24,000 nucleotides of DNA. Origin: Desulfohalobium retbaense DSM 5692. GTDB taxonomy: Bacteria; Desulfobacterota; Desulfovibrionia; Desulfovibrionales; Desulfohalobiaceae. The stretch is from contig NC_013223.1 in assembly GCF_000024325.1 (NCBI RefSeq), positions 2,795,353 to 2,819,352 of the forward strand, given 5' to 3'. Shown in pieces: positions 23,944 through 24,000 of the stretch. Each line of letters begins with the position of its first letter. The first letter of the stretch is position 1. A program made the position numbers and the translations under genes. The notes beneath the pieces were generated by a model, which saw nothing but the letters and a program-made list of their open reading frames with translations, did not search any database and was not told where the DNA came from.

Positions 23944-24000
23944 TGTCCCCTCTGGCTCTGGCCTTCTGCGGCATCGTGGCCCTGCTGGCCCTCCTTTTTG
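23943..24000 (+). CDS. dctM: TRAP transporter large permease (DctM family), 5' fragment only
   Basis: ATG 23943 overlaps the dctQ stop. It reads MSPLALAFCGIVALLALLF… (hydrophobic) and runs off the window. The call rests on operon position. Confidence 0.6.
   Translation, partial: MSPLALAFCGIVALLALLF

Noticed and set aside
1-24000. CRISPR arrays, rRNA genes, IS elements, toxin-antitoxin or known phage-defence gene signatures
   Set aside because: No regularly spaced direct repeats, rRNA-like sequence, transposase or nuclease/ATPase defence-type ORFs were seen on either strand.

Overview
This is a roughly 55-60% GC proteobacterial chromosome segment. Gene content suggests a deltaproteobacterial (Desulfobacterota-type) anaerobe, but that is inference only. 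The flanks hold ordinary genes: a partial TSUP/TauE-like permease, a TolC-family outer-membrane protein, a PAS-GGDEF(degenerate)-EAL protein and an AEC transporter on the left. On the right are tRNA-Phe, tRNA-Leu, ribF, two tandem ClC-CBS channels, a class I aldolase-family gene, an RsmB/F-type methyltransferase and the start of a TRAP dctPQM operon. The centre (about 6.55-14.5 kb) is an accessory locus and the main item of interest. It opens with a 0.7-kb structured non-coding region carrying sigma-54 -24/-12 cores. An operon follows that encodes two secreted proteins with the Gx(I/V)G(V/L)NxAAGxxNxQxN repeats typical of Pseudomonas FapB/FapC functional-amyloid subunits, a stand-alone secreted C39 peptidase (FapD-like) and a small secreted one-repeat protein (FapE position). 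After a terminator come a sigma-54 enhancer-binding protein whose N-terminus is an intact PilZ (c-di-GMP-binding) domain, a Skp/OmpH-like periplasmic chaperone and a 329-aa outer-membrane beta-barrel. I read this as a Fap-type amyloid secretion system with a non-canonical accessory and regulatory module, with the proposed path c-di-GMP -> PilZ-EBP -> sigma-54. All functional calls come from motif reading by eye; no searches were run.
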